Part shown: positions 38,529-51,463 of the stretch, piece after piece
Numbering within the stretch: the first letter of the stretch is position 1
Layout of the letters: the number at the start of each line of letters is the position of its first letter
Assembly: GCA_023920165.1 (NCBI GenBank)
Contig: CP089278.1
Span: 186,001-250,000 of the forward strand
Source of the DNA: Curvularia clavata
Lineage: Eukaryota
Direction: 5' to 3'
DNA length: 64,000 bases
Notes under the pieces: generated by a model
Seen by the model: the letters and a program-made list of their open reading frames with translations, nothing else
Told to the model about the DNA's origin: nothing
Database searches by the model: none
Program-made: the position numbers and the translations under genes

Positions 38529-41228
38529 TCACTGCATTGGCTTGATGCCGTTGTACAAATCATCCAATTTGAGCTCCTCCACATCGCTCGTCCACTCATG
38601 CACTCTGGGCAGGGTAACTCGCCACCCTCTGTCTTCCATCTCGTCTAGCAGCGAGATTGTCTTGCGCTCGGCATCGTCCTGGTCAGTAGCGCAGATGACG
38701 AACGTGGTGAGGTAGAACATGACGAATGGATATTTGGAGTTCAGGAAGTGCTGGATGTAATATTGCCATGCGTTTGCTGACGAGGGACGGTCGAATGCTG
38801 GAAGGGTTTAGTATATGTGCATTCAAAGTGGTAGAAAGTGACTCACGCATGGCGTTCCAACGGTAGACATGACCCTCCCATGTCGCAAAGTTGAGACCAG
38901 TCTTACCCAAGCTCTTGATCGCAGGCATAGGCCAAGCGCAGTAGTGCGTCTGTATCGAGCCCTTTGCCATGATAGCATTCGGGTGCTTTTGCTTGTATGC
39001 TTGCGCAAAGTCTGACAGACATGTCCGTGGTGGAAGAGGTAGTGATGGTGCGCGTTCGCCTTCGGCCTTTGTGGCATCGTCTTCGTAAGGAAAGTAGACA
39101 TCAGGGGCTCCATCTGCGCCTTGTATAATTATCGGACGCGTTTGTGGCTCCTCGTATTCTGTAACAAGACTCACAATACCATAGCGTTCCAGATCTTCTA
39201 TGACACGCCGGACGAAGCGGTTGTCGTCCCGTGAGATATTTTGCTGCGTCATTTTCTTCTGCTTGGCTGCAATAATCTTCGGATCCGGGTCGTACGTCCG
39301 CCATCTGTTTCCTTCATGTTGAATTTCACCAGGTGGGGGATAGCGCAATTCAGACGAGCATTCTATCTGCATCTCTTCAAGGTAGATTTCCTGTACGGAT
39401 GACGGGATCACTTCGCGAATGACACGCTTAGCAATTTGGCGAGGTGAAGGATCCCCGACCAGCATCAGTAACGTGTCCTGCACGATATCCATGAGTCGAA
39501 ACGGCAGCCCAACCTCGCGGTCCATAATTATGAATTGCCAAGAATCGACCACAATAGGATCGTACATTGACGTCTTCCGCATACGGAACTGGTTCTTGAT
39601 CTCTTCGAGTGTAAGGGTAGTAGTGAAGTCGACCGTGTCCAGCTCGTCTAAATTGACAGCCGACCTATGTCGACTGATGAATAGATCAGGCTCGGTTGGG
39701 TGAACAGTCGCATCGGCATGTGTACCCTCATACACCACAAGATACAAAGACGCAGTCCTCTTTCGAAGCTCGTCCAAGAACGCTTGGGTCATAGGATGAC
39801 CGATGGCCATTTGTCCACATAGATAATTGCGGGATTGCCGTTGGACCCACACATTATCTTCTTGTTTCAGTCCGATGTTCGACGTGAAATCTCCTTTGTT
39901 AGTGGGTATGAAGCCCATGTAAACACCAGTTGCGCATTCCCCTAGTATGCTGTTGGGGTCGTACCAGTGGTCGTTGTAAAGCTTGAGCATCAGGAGTTTG
40001 CATATGGTGGTGTAATCTTCAAAATTCGAGCAGATGCTAGCGAGAGTCCAAGGAGTAAGCAGCGTGGGGAACCACCGATAGCTAAAAAAGATTAGCATTG
40101 TTGTTTGGCTTTGGGATTAAACTTACAGAATATCCCAACAGGGCTTTGTCATTCTCAAACCCTCAGTAGTGCTTGGTATGGTGCCTCCGAGCAGCTGAAT
40201 TGTTTTTATGTCGCCTCCGGCTAGTGTTTGTGCGCAGATGGCGACACGAAGATACTGAACCGCATGTGGGCGCCATGCCTTTTCGAAAAAGTCACAGTAC
40301 ATCTCAAGCTGACTAGCCTGACAGCCGACGAGAAACTCATTGATGCTCTTAGACCTTGTTGCATGTTCGAGTGTTGCAGCTTCACTGTCGTTCAAAACCA
40401 TGATACGAAACCAGGCTCGAATGATCTCTGTGCCGGTGTCTGGACCAATATTCTCCTTAGTCCCAGGTGAGTTGAGGCAGTCATGCGAATCGTCTAGATC
40501 AGGAACGATTTTGTACAACCGGCGAATGATATCGGCGCAGAGATCCTGATAAAAGTGCTTCAGGACAAGAATAGTCCCATCATCAGGCAAGCCGTCTAAC
40601 GAATTGATGGGTATCCGAGGATCCAAAGGCGACCGCAGAATCATAATTCTCTCTCCTTGCTTCTTGGCGTTGGGGTGAGGCGACGTAGTATGGATACCTG
40701 GTGTCTCTGGAGTCGGGCCGCGGTTGAGGTTCGACACTGGCTCGCGCATTAGCGTCAGGTACGTGTAACACAAGATCATGACTTACTCAATAAAGAGTCC
40801 GCCAGTTGTCTGACATCGTTCTCCATTTTGTTTATCCACTTGATATAGTCCTGAATGTCACCACCGCGGGGGTAAAAGCGATCCTGAATTTGGCGCCTGA
40901 GGTCTACAGACTGGCGTAACTTCATGATCTTTTGCTTGGCCACGTCCAGCGTGGTAACTGTGGTTTTTTCTGCTTCCATATGAACCTTCCCCCAGCGCAT
41001 GGTCATCTGGCTCCACTCGTCATGGTGCCGGGAACACCAGATGTCGCTCGTGTTCGAAGGGAGCGCAACCCAGCACGCTCGCCCATCCGACTCGACAGCC
41101 TCGCAAACAGCTCCAGACGATGTAGGGGAGTCTGGAACGTCACTCAAACGTAGCAGGCGTCGCGTGTTGCCTCTGTAGTTTGCGGGTCGTCGTTCTTTTG
41201 AACTGCTGATATGAAGCTGAATGCTCAT
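38529..41228 (-). CDS. Uncharacterised 851-aa protein; exons 41228-40787, 40736-40127, 40081-38847, 38797-38529
   Basis: Four long ORFs joined in frame by three canonical introns (total 2556 nt); no family recognised. Confidence 0.8.
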
Positions 41229-43397
41229 GGCTGGGGAGAGGGTGGGGAGGGCTTCTACGACACTCGACAAAAGGAAACCTGGGTATAACGCGACACGAGA
41301 AAAATGGATAAGGAAAGGAAAAGAGAAAGTCTACAGAGCGAAAACTAAGGGGACAGGGCGTCTCAAGCCTTGTCCGTAAGCAAGGCTTTGGCATGTGTTG
41401 TCCGTCCGGTCGGGATGTGCCCCGCGAAGCAACGCTATTTCACAGGCCATGTTTGTCGAATGCGGCACGGCAACAGTAGAGGCACAGCCAGGATCCTTCA
41501 GCCGTGTGGTTTCAATTGGTCGTTGTTGTGGACAGCGCTGCAATTGGCTGTTGTCGCAAGCCCCAGATAAGGCACGGATCATACCGTAGTGTCGCTTCGG
41601 CTGTAGACGACATACGGGACGCTCAGGTGGAGAAGGAAACGGTTGCTTCGTGCGGTAAACCACCAGTAGCAACTAGATGTGTGGGTCGGCGTGAGCTAGT
41701 TTTGGCAATATATCTAACCTAGGCGAGTATAGCATGGGAACAGCGTGTACGGTCCAATGGCAGCTCATCCTTAACCGCTTTGCCCTTGTGACCGGCTGGC
41801 CTCATCATCCCTCCCACCCAACCTGCTGGTGTCGGGGGTCAGCCATTGCTGGAGGCTCTGAAGCAAACAGCTCCTTGTGGTGATAGAAGAGCATTGATGT
41901 CTGCTTGAGCTGCCTTCAAACGACGAGATACGAATGTAAGACATTGCCACATGCTCTGCCCTACACACCATTAGTTTACTTGTCTACCATTGCAATGCGC
42001 TCTTGGTAGTGTATGTATGTGCATAGCCCATTGCCAAGAGAATTAGAGGCTGTGGCAGCCCGGTGGCATTCTCCTCAGTATCGCATCCAAAGACATGGAT
42101 GGCATGCATGTGTCTTGTCACTGCAGCGTAACGCAGGCCCGAAACACTCGACATAGGTATGCAGGGACTGTACCTGAATACCAGGCTGTAGGGCAACGAT
42201 GTCCCTTACGTGTAAAACACCAAGGCAGTTCAAAGAATGAGGAGGATAAACTTATTTCAGAACACACGGAGATTGGTAGGGTGTAGTAAGCCTCAGGCGG
42301 CTAGATCTGTATGCAGGCGTTTATGCACTGTGCAGGAGTGTGCACACCGACGAACTTGGGGGGTCACACACCAACCGAGCGGCTCGGATCATCAACTCGC
42401 CGCTTTTTGGGGGCCAATGGAGAACCCAGACAGCCTCTCAGCATATCGCGACGTTATGGTTCAAACTCACGAGAGCTTTTCTTTTGCTGCTGCTGCGCCT
42501 CATCACTTTAATTACCTCTTTCGGGTTGGTGAATCTCGCTGGCCGATTTCCTTCCTCGTCGCTCCGAGTCACCATATCTTCGTGCGACTACGATTGGATT
42601 TTACTTACGACATTGACACGATACATTGCATTAGCACGTCATGAGATAGGTGAACTTAGGAGTATAGCTATGTGTCCTGAAGACAGTGGTTGTGTGGGAG
42701 CAGAAGCAGAACAGGCAAACTTCTGTAAGCGCGCGCGTTCACCCATACTACAAGCATTTTGGTTCTTTCGAACATCCTTTCATTACTCGAGTAGGATGGG
42801 ACTGGCTGCTATGCATGCATTCAGGATTCTCGATAAGACGATCAGTTGGCTGTCTTCAGGTGTCTAACCCTATGGACTGGTTGCGTTTCACGAAAGATGT
42901 GTTGTTAGCTGATGATTGTTGGTGTTTGGGGAACCAGACCAATGAAGTGGCTTGTGAAGGCTTGCCGACAGCCAGTCTGATGTCGGATCGACCTATTTTG
43001 CAGCCCTTGGATATCCGGTACATCGTACCCACTATAGCGGCCGTATAGCGTCATACACGCAGATGAAAGCTCCGACTTGTAAGAATGGGACACAGAGTTA
43101 TATCCGGTGGGAGTTGAGTCGGATTACCCCACATTTCGGAATACCACATTCAGCATGGTCTTGGAGCCAGCCGAGGTCGAGATGCGTGCTGTTGGAGCTG
43201 TTAGCACGGTATTGCGGAACGCGTTTCTCTTTATATGCTTTCTGACCTAAGAAAGAGACTGTAAATCAACTGTCGGAAAACTCAAAGCGATCATTGCGAT
43301 TATTTTGAGCAATTGTCCTTTCTCGAACTTCCTTGCACGCGTCCGCTCCCCCGCATAGCCCCGCGCTCCATTGGCATCACCCCTTCCAATCTCCAAA

Positions 43398-44882
43398 ATG
43401 GCAATATCGCCAGCGATCCGTATTGCGCCCTCGCGTGCCGCAAGAGCTCTCAATCTGCTCCGCACTGTACAATACACGCACCCTCCGTCATGTCCCTGCC
43501 ATTCAAATCCCAACTACCATCAATCGTCAGCTACTGTGCAGCAGGCACGCCGACACCTGGCTACACCTCTAGATCACTCTCAGCAGAAAGAATATGCATT
43601 CGAAATGGCAGCCTCCAGTATCCGCTTTGGGCCGGGATGCACGAAAGAGGTGGGTATGGACTTCAAGAACATGGGCAGCAAGCGTGTCATGGTCGTCACG
43701 GACGAGAACGTGCGAAAGCTGGATGCAATGAAGCAGGTTGTGGAAGGGCTAGAGCGAGAGGGCGTGACATATGAAATCTTCGACAAGGTCCGGGTAGAGC
43801 CAAAGGACCACAGCATAAAAGAGGCCATTGAGTTCTCAAAGCCATGGCGGCCAGACTCCTTCCTGGCTGTTGGTGGTGGAAGTGTAATTGACACTGCTAA
43901 GCTGATGAATCTCTACACAACCTTTCCCGAGGCCGACTTCCTCGACTTTGTCAACGCGCCCCTGGGCAAAGGAATGCCCATCCCCTCAAAGCTCTTCCCA
44001 CTCATTGCGGTTCCCACCACTGCTGGAACTGGTTCTGAGACGACAGGTACCGCAATTTTCGATCTGGTTTCTAAGCGGGCGAAGACTGGTATCGCACATC
44101 GCAACCTGAAGCCTACACTCGGCATAGTAGACCCAATAAACACGCGTACCATGCCATCTGCTGTTCACGCATCTTCTGGTCTCGATGTGCTCTGCCATTC
44201 CCTGGAATCCTGGACCGCGATCCCCTACTATGAGCGCACTCCCCGACCTACCAATCCCATCAACCGTCCCGCATACCAAGGCGCGAACCCGATTTCCGAC
44301 ATCTTTTCTCTTAAGGCATTGAGGGATACAGTCAAGTACCTTCCACGTGCTGTCAAGGATCCCGAAGACCACGAGGCGCAGTCACAGATGCTTCTCGCTG
44401 CAACGCTTGCTGGTGTTGGTTTCGGCAATGCAGGCGTACATCTATGTCACGGAATGTCATATCCAATCTCTGGCCAAAACCCGGGATACAAGCACGCAGG
44501 TTACCAAGTAGATCACGCCATTATTCCGCACGGAGTGAGTGTTGCAGTGACCGCACCTGCCGTATTCAAGTTCACCGCGGCGTCCAACCCAGACCGACAC
44601 TTGGCCGCAGCCGAAGCTTTTGGTGTGGACATTTCAAATGTCAAGGCAGAGAGCGCAGGAGAGGTACTGAGTGAGGCTTTGGCAGAGTTTTTGATCAAGC
44701 TCGGTGATCAGCCTCGAGGATTGAAGGCGCTTGGATTCGGCACAGAGCATCTGGACCAGCTCGTCGAGGGCACCATCCCACAGGCAAGAGTGCTGATGCT
44801 GGCTCCCAACCTGGAGATGCAGAATGTTGACGCGGAGAGGGAGCAGTTGCGCGGTTTGTTCGAGGAAGCAATGGAGTACTGA
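43398..44882 (+). CDS. ADHFE1: Hydroxyacid-oxoacid transhydrogenase (iron-containing ADH family), mitochondrial
   Basis: Arg-rich presequence, CPCH motif, EYAFEMAASSIRFGPG, AVGGGSVIDTAK, PTTAGTGSETT, GNAGVHLCHGMSYP. Confidence 0.95.
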   Translation: MAISPAIRIAPSRAARALNLLRTVQYTHPPSCPCHSNPNYHQSSATVQQARRHLATPLDHSQQKEYAFEMAASSIRFGPGCTKEVGMDFKNMGSKRVMVVTDENVRKLDAMKQVVEGLEREGVTYEIFDKVRVEPKDHSIKEAIEFSKPWRPDSFLAVGGGSVIDTAKLMNLYTTFPEADFLDFVNAPLGKGMPIPSKLFPLIAVPTTAGTGSETTGTAIFDLVSKRAKTGIAHRNLKPTLGIVDPINTRTMPSAVHASSGLDVLCHSLESWTAIPYYERTPRPTNPINRPAYQGANPISDIFSLKALRDTVKYLPRAVKDPEDHEAQSQMLLAATLAGVGFGNAGVHLCHGMSYPISGQNPGYKHAGYQVDHAIIPHGVSVAVTAPAVFKFTAASNPDRHLAAAEAFGVDISNVKAESAGEVLSEALAEFLIKLGDQPRGLKALGFGTEHLDQLVEGTIPQARVLMLAPNLEMQNVDAEREQLRGLFEEAMEY

Positions 44883-45593
44883 TGCGTTTTTGTTGGCGAT
44901 TCAAGTATGCAACTTCTACTGTAAAGTAAAATTAGTCACCTACCTTTATGCTACATGCACGTCAAACGCTGCAACGAGTAAACAGAGATTGTGCTGCTAG
45001 CTGCATGTCAGAACATCGACTAGGGGTGCGGAGAAAACGACACCTTGGCGAGGGCGATCAAACGCGTTTCAGTTTTGTCCCCGGCCCCCCGCGTCTTCAC
45101 CCCCTCATTCGCGATTTCACCATCAAGAACTATGTGTTTGATGAGCTTTGCACTGATTTAATTACCTGTCATGTCTTCGGTTTGGAATCGAGAAAGCTAG
45201 GTTTGCCAGCTCAGGAAACTCCGAAAGCCATGCATTGTCATGTGGTACCACAACGCTCTCAATGCGCTGAGATATTCGACTTGGGCAAGCACGTGAACAC
45301 AATTCATGATCTTCAGACCCAAGCCGTCGCAGCCATAGCGCCATAGAACACGAGGTTTTAGTTTTGGGTCTGTGGGGAAGCAACGGACCGTCTTACGGAT
45401 TGGTTTCATCTTACTCCCACAATCGTTTTGCGTTTCAACTATTAGGGCTAGAACACCACCTTTGGACACCACTTTTTGCTATTTGTAGGAGGTAGCTGCT
45501 CCATGTTTGCCTGATCATTCTCATAATTTCTTATTTTATTTTTTGACGTTGACGATTGTTTATTTGCGATTTCTTTTATTCAATATTTCCAAA

Positions 45594-46952
45594 ATGAGAT
45601 CTACAATCGGGCTGGGCTTGATTGGTGGTGCTCTAGCACTAAGGAGCGAGAAGATCGACTTCTTTGCACAGCAGCAGGCTCTCCTGCAGGGCGCATGCCC
45701 ATCAAACTACATTCTCCAAAATGAAGAATGCCGACCTTCAGCAGAGAGCACAATGGTCCAATCGGCGCTGACTATCGAGTCCAACGCCACACACGTCGCC
45801 CAATTTACACATTCGTTAGAAGAGTCTCGAAATCGAGCGCTGCAGTCAAAGAGTTTCCCATGGTCCTTCTGGCCCGAATGCTTCATAGCAAGCCACGACT
45901 CGGACCCCTTTTGCGTCTTCAGCAACACAGAATTCGCATCAGGGCGGGGCATTTCAATCGTCACCACACATGCCATCGCCTACTCGATGCTCGAAAACGA
46001 CGCATTTAAAGACCTAGACGCCCTCGAATACAGTAACAACTACGAAAATCCGCCTTTTTACGAAAAAGTCTTTCCCGGCAAAGGACGAGGCCTCGTAGCA
46101 AACAAGACACTGAACCGGGGCGACCAGATCTTTTCCTCAACCCCAATTCTCATCACCGACGACCTAGATGGTCTCCCCGAGTCGGAACGCCTCGCTCTGT
46201 GGCACCGGGCCATTGCTGCCCTCCCCGCAGCGACCCGTGAGATTTTCTGGAGTCTAGCCCCACGTTTCCCAGACGGTGAGACAGACGCCCACGAAGACCG
46301 CATCACAACAAACTACTTTGAGGTTGAAGTCGATGGGAACATGCTCTCTGGCCTCTTCCCCGAGATCGCCAGAATAAACCACGACTGCCGGCCCAACGCA
46401 GCATACTTCTTCGATGAGGAGACGTTGACGCACCGGGTTCATGCTATCCGGGATATCTATCCTGGCGAAGAACTCTCAATTACATACATTAATAACGAAG
46501 CTCCGCGAGATAAGCGCATGAAGCGGCTCAGTAACGGCTGGGGCTTCAAGTGCTCGTGTTCCTCGTGCAGTGCGCATCCACGGCTGGTAGCGGAGTCGGA
46601 TGCGCGGCTGGTGCAGATGAAAAAGGTCATAGATGTGCTGAATGACTGGTCGGAAACATCTGCTGCAACGCCCGCACATGCAGAGCTACTAGTGAGCCTA
46701 TACAAGCAGGAGAGGCTGCATGCTGGGCTATCAACGGCGTATCAGCACGCATCAGAAGTGTATAGTAGTTTTGGGATGAAGTGGGAAGCGGTGCGGTATG
46801 CGCGGCTGAGTCTCGAATGGAGCATGCTGGATAAGGGCTGGGGAGATCGCGATGTCGCCGCTATGACGAGGATGGCGACGGAGCCCGAGTCAACATGGAG
46901 CTGGAACAGGAGACTGAGCTTGAAGTCTTGTGGATGTGGAAAGAGTCATTGA
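45594..46952 (+). CDS. SET-domain protein (SMYD/Set5-like) with signal-peptide-like N-terminus
   Basis: GKGRGLVA, ARINHDCRPNA, GEELSITYI, post-SET WGFKCSCSSC, helical C-terminus; AAAATG start. Confidence 0.88.
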   Translation: MRSTIGLGLIGGALALRSEKIDFFAQQQALLQGACPSNYILQNEECRPSAESTMVQSALTIESNATHVAQFTHSLEESRNRALQSKSFPWSFWPECFIASHDSDPFCVFSNTEFASGRGISIVTTHAIAYSMLENDAFKDLDALEYSNNYENPPFYEKVFPGKGRGLVANKTLNRGDQIFSSTPILITDDLDGLPESERLALWHRAIAALPAATREIFWSLAPRFPDGETDAHEDRITTNYFEVEVDGNMLSGLFPEIARINHDCRPNAAYFFDEETLTHRVHAIRDIYPGEELSITYINNEAPRDKRMKRLSNGWGFKCSCSSCSAHPRLVAESDARLVQMKKVIDVLNDWSETSAATPAHAELLVSLYKQERLHAGLSTAYQHASEVYSSFGMKWEAVRYARLSLEWSMLDKGWGDRDVAAMTRMATEPESTWSWNRRLSLKSCGCGKSH

Positions 46953-47130
46953 TCATGGAAGAGAGACATAAATGATATATCTCGGTATCCAACCGAGTAG
47001 AAAAACTACTACTGATTTAGTATTAAAGGTGGTTCGTTAGCGATTATCTATCTAAGCTAAAAATTAGGCAAAGGAAAAGAAAACAACCATGTGCGAAGCT
47101 GGATATACCCGCTACCCAATCTTAGCACTC

Positions 47131-48916
47131 CTAACTTTTTTGTATCTTCGCTCCCCTAACTTTTGTGTTGTACACGGTATTACATTTGGTTCTCGCCTCC
47201 GACGCAGTAATCTTGAACGGCTCGCCAGCACAGTTACCGCTGGACCGGAAGCCTCCGGCATCGCAAAGGTGCTTGCCAGCTTCTGGTACAGAGCCCTTGA
47301 GCAGATTTGGCGCCTCGATAATGGTAGCTGCCATGCCGCCAACCAGATGGAAATCGACATGGCAATGGAAAAACCACACGCCCGGGTTGTCGGCCTTGAA
47401 ACGAATAATGGCGTATCCGTGAGCTGGGACAACTAATCCGTCGCGCTTGGAGGGTACCTCTGGGAAGCCACTTTCCTGGCGATTCCAGGTTCCAGAGCCT
47501 TTGGCGACGATCTGGAAGACGTGACCATGGAGATGCATGGGATGTGGTCGGTTGTGCGGGTTATGCATGTGGATCTGAACGACCTCCCCGGACTTGACGA
47601 TCCAAGGGTTGACACCAGGGCCGTACGTTGCAGGGTCCATGCTGCCGGTAGTCAAGGCCGTGTACAGCGTGGGAACTTTAGGTGGGACCCAAGGGTCAGA
47701 ATTGAGGGGTGTGCGTGTTCCGATTCCCGGAAAATAGGTCTGGTTGGTGGTGAAATCGATCCTGTTGTCTACAGGCGACAGGAGTTTCTGGCCATCGAGC
47801 GGTTTCACAACAAAATCCTCCAGGACGCGAACCTCTGCGCGCTTCTGCTTCTGGGGCAATTCCCTCTCGACTTCCTCGATCATGTCGTAGATAATCTTGC
47901 CAATGACGGCAAACTCATCTTTGATGGGCACATCACCAGTCAGCATGTCAGTGTCCATCTGCGCATACCAATGGGAAGCGCCTTTTGGCTCTTCTTGACC
48001 CTTGACCACCACAGCATAACTCTGGCCGGCGCAGAGAACGATTGCATCCGCTTCATGCGGCACCACCTGTACACCATCGATTTCGACTACACTCAGTGTG
48101 TAGTTGTCGATACGGAATCTGCCGCATGCGACCGCGCCGACATTGACAATGCGGAGTAAATATTTCTTGCCCTTCATTAACTTGATGTCGAAAGGCTTCT
48201 TGGCGTCATTAAAGAGAAAAGAATTAGGTGTGTCGAACACTGCCTGAGTATTGTCCGGACTCATGTAATCATCGATCATTTGAGGCATTGTCCGGTGGAA
48301 CCTGCAATATGTTAGCACAAGTACATATATTCATAGCAGCGTACGCACCAGTCCGACATGGACAAATGTATTTGCTTATCAACTTTCAAGGTCTTCTCCC
48401 AGGCTTTGTCATGTACAATCATCTTGCCTCGAAGACCATCCGGATATTGACCCTTTTCGTGCGCGTGATACCAATGCGTTCCAGCAGGGTTTGCGACGAA
48501 TGTGTAGGTATATGATTGCCCAGGTTGAATAGGACATTGTGTGATTCCACTAGGGCCATCGGATAGTTGTGTGCCAGCCTGCCAGATACCGTGGAAATGC
48601 AGAGACGTGGTCTGATCAGGGAGTTTATTGTGCACCGTGATAGACAGCGTGTCGCCTACATCACACTCGATAGTGGGAATGGGCCATTTGCCGTTGATTC
48701 CTATGACTTGCTTCGAGAAGCCATCGGGGGCAGCCTACAGCTTATGAGAATTGCTCGATCAAACAAAATAAGGGAAACTATGCAACTTCTCTAAACTAAG
48801 TGGCATAGGAATTTTGCACTTACCGTTACATAACCAACATTAAATTCGTAGCTGACTGTCTTAGCATTCGCCACTAGGGCGCAAACCAAGAGACACACAG
48901 CTTGGAGGAAATGCAT
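47131..48916 (-). CDS. Secreted multicopper oxidase (AA1, Fet3/Abr1-like, no TM anchor); exons 48916-48824, 48734-48349, 48301-47131
   Basis: Signal peptide; Cu ligands HFHG, WYHAH, HPMHLHGH, HCHVDFHLVGGM; GQYPDGLRG motif. Confidence 0.92.
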
Positions 48917-51463
48917 CGTTGTTCGGGGGAGAGGGCAACAACGCAACGCAAAATGACATGTGAGAGTGGTGGTGTCAGGAAGTAATATAAGTACGGGCAC
49001 GGAGGTTTCGCAAGAAACAGTCCACGTCCTCGATCTCTAATCTGAGACTCATCGGTCGGATGCTGTCTTCGCACAATCAATACTCCTAAAACCTGTGCCC
49101 CTGGGCGAGGGGCGATCATCTGTTAGACAAAGCGTGCAGCCATCCCAGAAAGGGTAGTTTATATGTGCCCAGCAATAACGAAAACATGCGTTGAGATCCG
49201 ATCACATGGCTGAAGCGTTGATCAAATAAGCTAGAGCCTCCTTGCGAATCCAGAGATAGCTGAATTCTAATCTCGACTATGGCGTTGTAGATGGGGAAGA
49301 CAATTAATGTTTGTCTATAAAGTTGATTCCGGTATGGCGTAACTGGAATTGAGGCACATATGCGATTGTCTCAGCCATCGTTCGTGACTGGCCCCTTTCC
49401 AATGTGACACGGTGCTGCAGGATGACGAGAAAAAGAAATGGAGTAGAAGCGACGTGCATCCAAAGAATGCTGTGCTAGCACACTTTGGCTAGGAACAGGC
49501 TAGTGCGGCTCAATGGGTTGAGCTTAGCGTAAATCTCGGTACTAGCACCGACTCGCTTGTTGGATTTCGGATATGCGTGGGAGAGCCGGCGTTGCTGAGA
49601 GTACTCAATACGGACACCCGATCAAGACTTATGGCTGTATTTCTTTTTGAAAAGTTGCCAGAAACTTACCTGGCTATGAATAGGTGTTACAAGTTGGTCA
49701 AAAGATGAACATCTGATGCATCTCGGTAGTTGCTACAAGTAAGCGTGCCTGTGACGACATTCTTGTTGCAGGTCTAAATTCGTCTGGCAGTTGCTTATTT
49801 CCAAAGCCTGGGGTATTCAACAAGTAACTGCGAAATGAAACGACAGGCCGTTCCCTGCGTGCACATGCGTCTAGAACCTCCGGGTGAAGTTCTTCGGTGA
49901 TCCTTGCATGAAACTGCGGTGGCAAAATCGAGCTGTTGGCAAGTATAACTTGACAGCGCATGCAAACGTAGGTGTTTGAGTGGCACCATAGGGTGCTCGC
50001 GTGCCCATTAGGATAGTGGTGTTTAACAACTCGTTGACTCGACCAGATACGTGGCTTGCAGAGGTTCCGGGCGGCTGAACGTGACTGCGTTGCGGGAACC
50101 ATGTGTATTGAGATTAATATACTCGAGATGCAGACCAGTTGGTCAAGCAGACCTGTGAATATTGGGGCAGCTGGAATGAGAACGACGGTTCCGGGACCTG
50201 CAGGGTTTCGTAACGTGTGCAACGTTGAACTTGGCGGGCAAAGGAGAGAAGATGTATCAACGTCCTCTGGTATTGTAAAGCTGAAAAGCTGAGACTAGTT
50301 TAGGCGACTGCACGCTCGCCTTTTACTCCAACCTGGGAAACATGGACCCAAAGAGACGGGCCGGTAATCTGATTGTCGTCATGGCCGGGCTGGGTATGGT
50401 ATTGTTGACCCAATTTCTCGGATGCGGCTGACGGACGGACGGACAAAGCAGGGGCCCGAGGCGCCGACCTTGCGCAACTCCACGATAGGGGCGCATTACC
50501 TCAACATATCGACGATGGGATTTCATTCTCGATGGGAATTGATGAAAGTGCATTTGCCCGTGCCTTTATCCATTGATTGCTATCCCTTATGCGATGTGAC
50601 TTGCAGGATGCCGGCGCACTGCAGGTGGGCATACAGTGTGTGGTGATATGGAATGACATCAAGCAAGCCTTGGTGGGATCTGTGGTCTACGAATTGTAGA
50701 GAATACTCTGTGGCACACCGAGGTGGTATCCACTCTCGGCATAATGAAGCCTCCGTAGTAACGAACAGGCGTACAGCATATACTGCTAGGATCTAGCTGC
50801 AAACGTGATCTAGGATATGACGTGTCAACACCTCGAATCGCCTTCTATGTGGATTTCGGTGGTGTGTTTCATTTGTGTGATATCTGCCAATAGTGTAATT
50901 CACACTCCATCTTCAACACACAACGCGCTACACACACCCCCACCAATACAGCGAAATATCTAGAAATCCTTACCGGGAGTTTGCTACATCATACCCGAAT
51001 GTGCTTCGCCAACCACAATACGCATATCCATCCCACTACCTTCAAGTATTATCTCGGACCGGAAGTCTTGGCAACCGAGTATGACGCCGCTAAACCCCTT
51101 CGAGTCGGCCTTGCGATCAAACACGACTTCCGAATCCTCCATATCCTACAAGTCGGATGTTCGGACATTGTTCTTCTGGTCCGCGCTGATGACGACGTAG
51201 AACTGCGCCTCTGTGGGCCCACAAAATTGCCTGAGAGGAGAAACTTTGATAAGAGATGCGAAATGAGTTTTTGTCCGAGGACAGGAAACATATCAGATAT
51301 AAGGAATCCAGGTGTTCCGCCTGTCTAGATCTCCAATCTATAGTGCACACAAGTTGGCAATATCCATACAGTTGGTGGAACCTTTTCTCAGTCAAACGCT
51401 TTACGAAGTTTGCCTTGATCAATTCGACACACGCACATACGCACACAAAACAATATTACCACG

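Noticed and set aside
42237..43048. ORFs of 120-175 aa between the 851-aa gene and ADHFE1
   Set aside because: No recognisable domain or codon bias; most start at non-ATG codons.
45507..45593. Hydrophobic in-frame upstream extension of the SET ORF
   Set aside because: Starts at TTG and is a translation of T-rich 5' sequence; ATG 45594 has good context.
49698..51328. ORFs in the oxidase-RTA1 intergenic region
   Set aside because: No recognisable homology or consistent exon chain.
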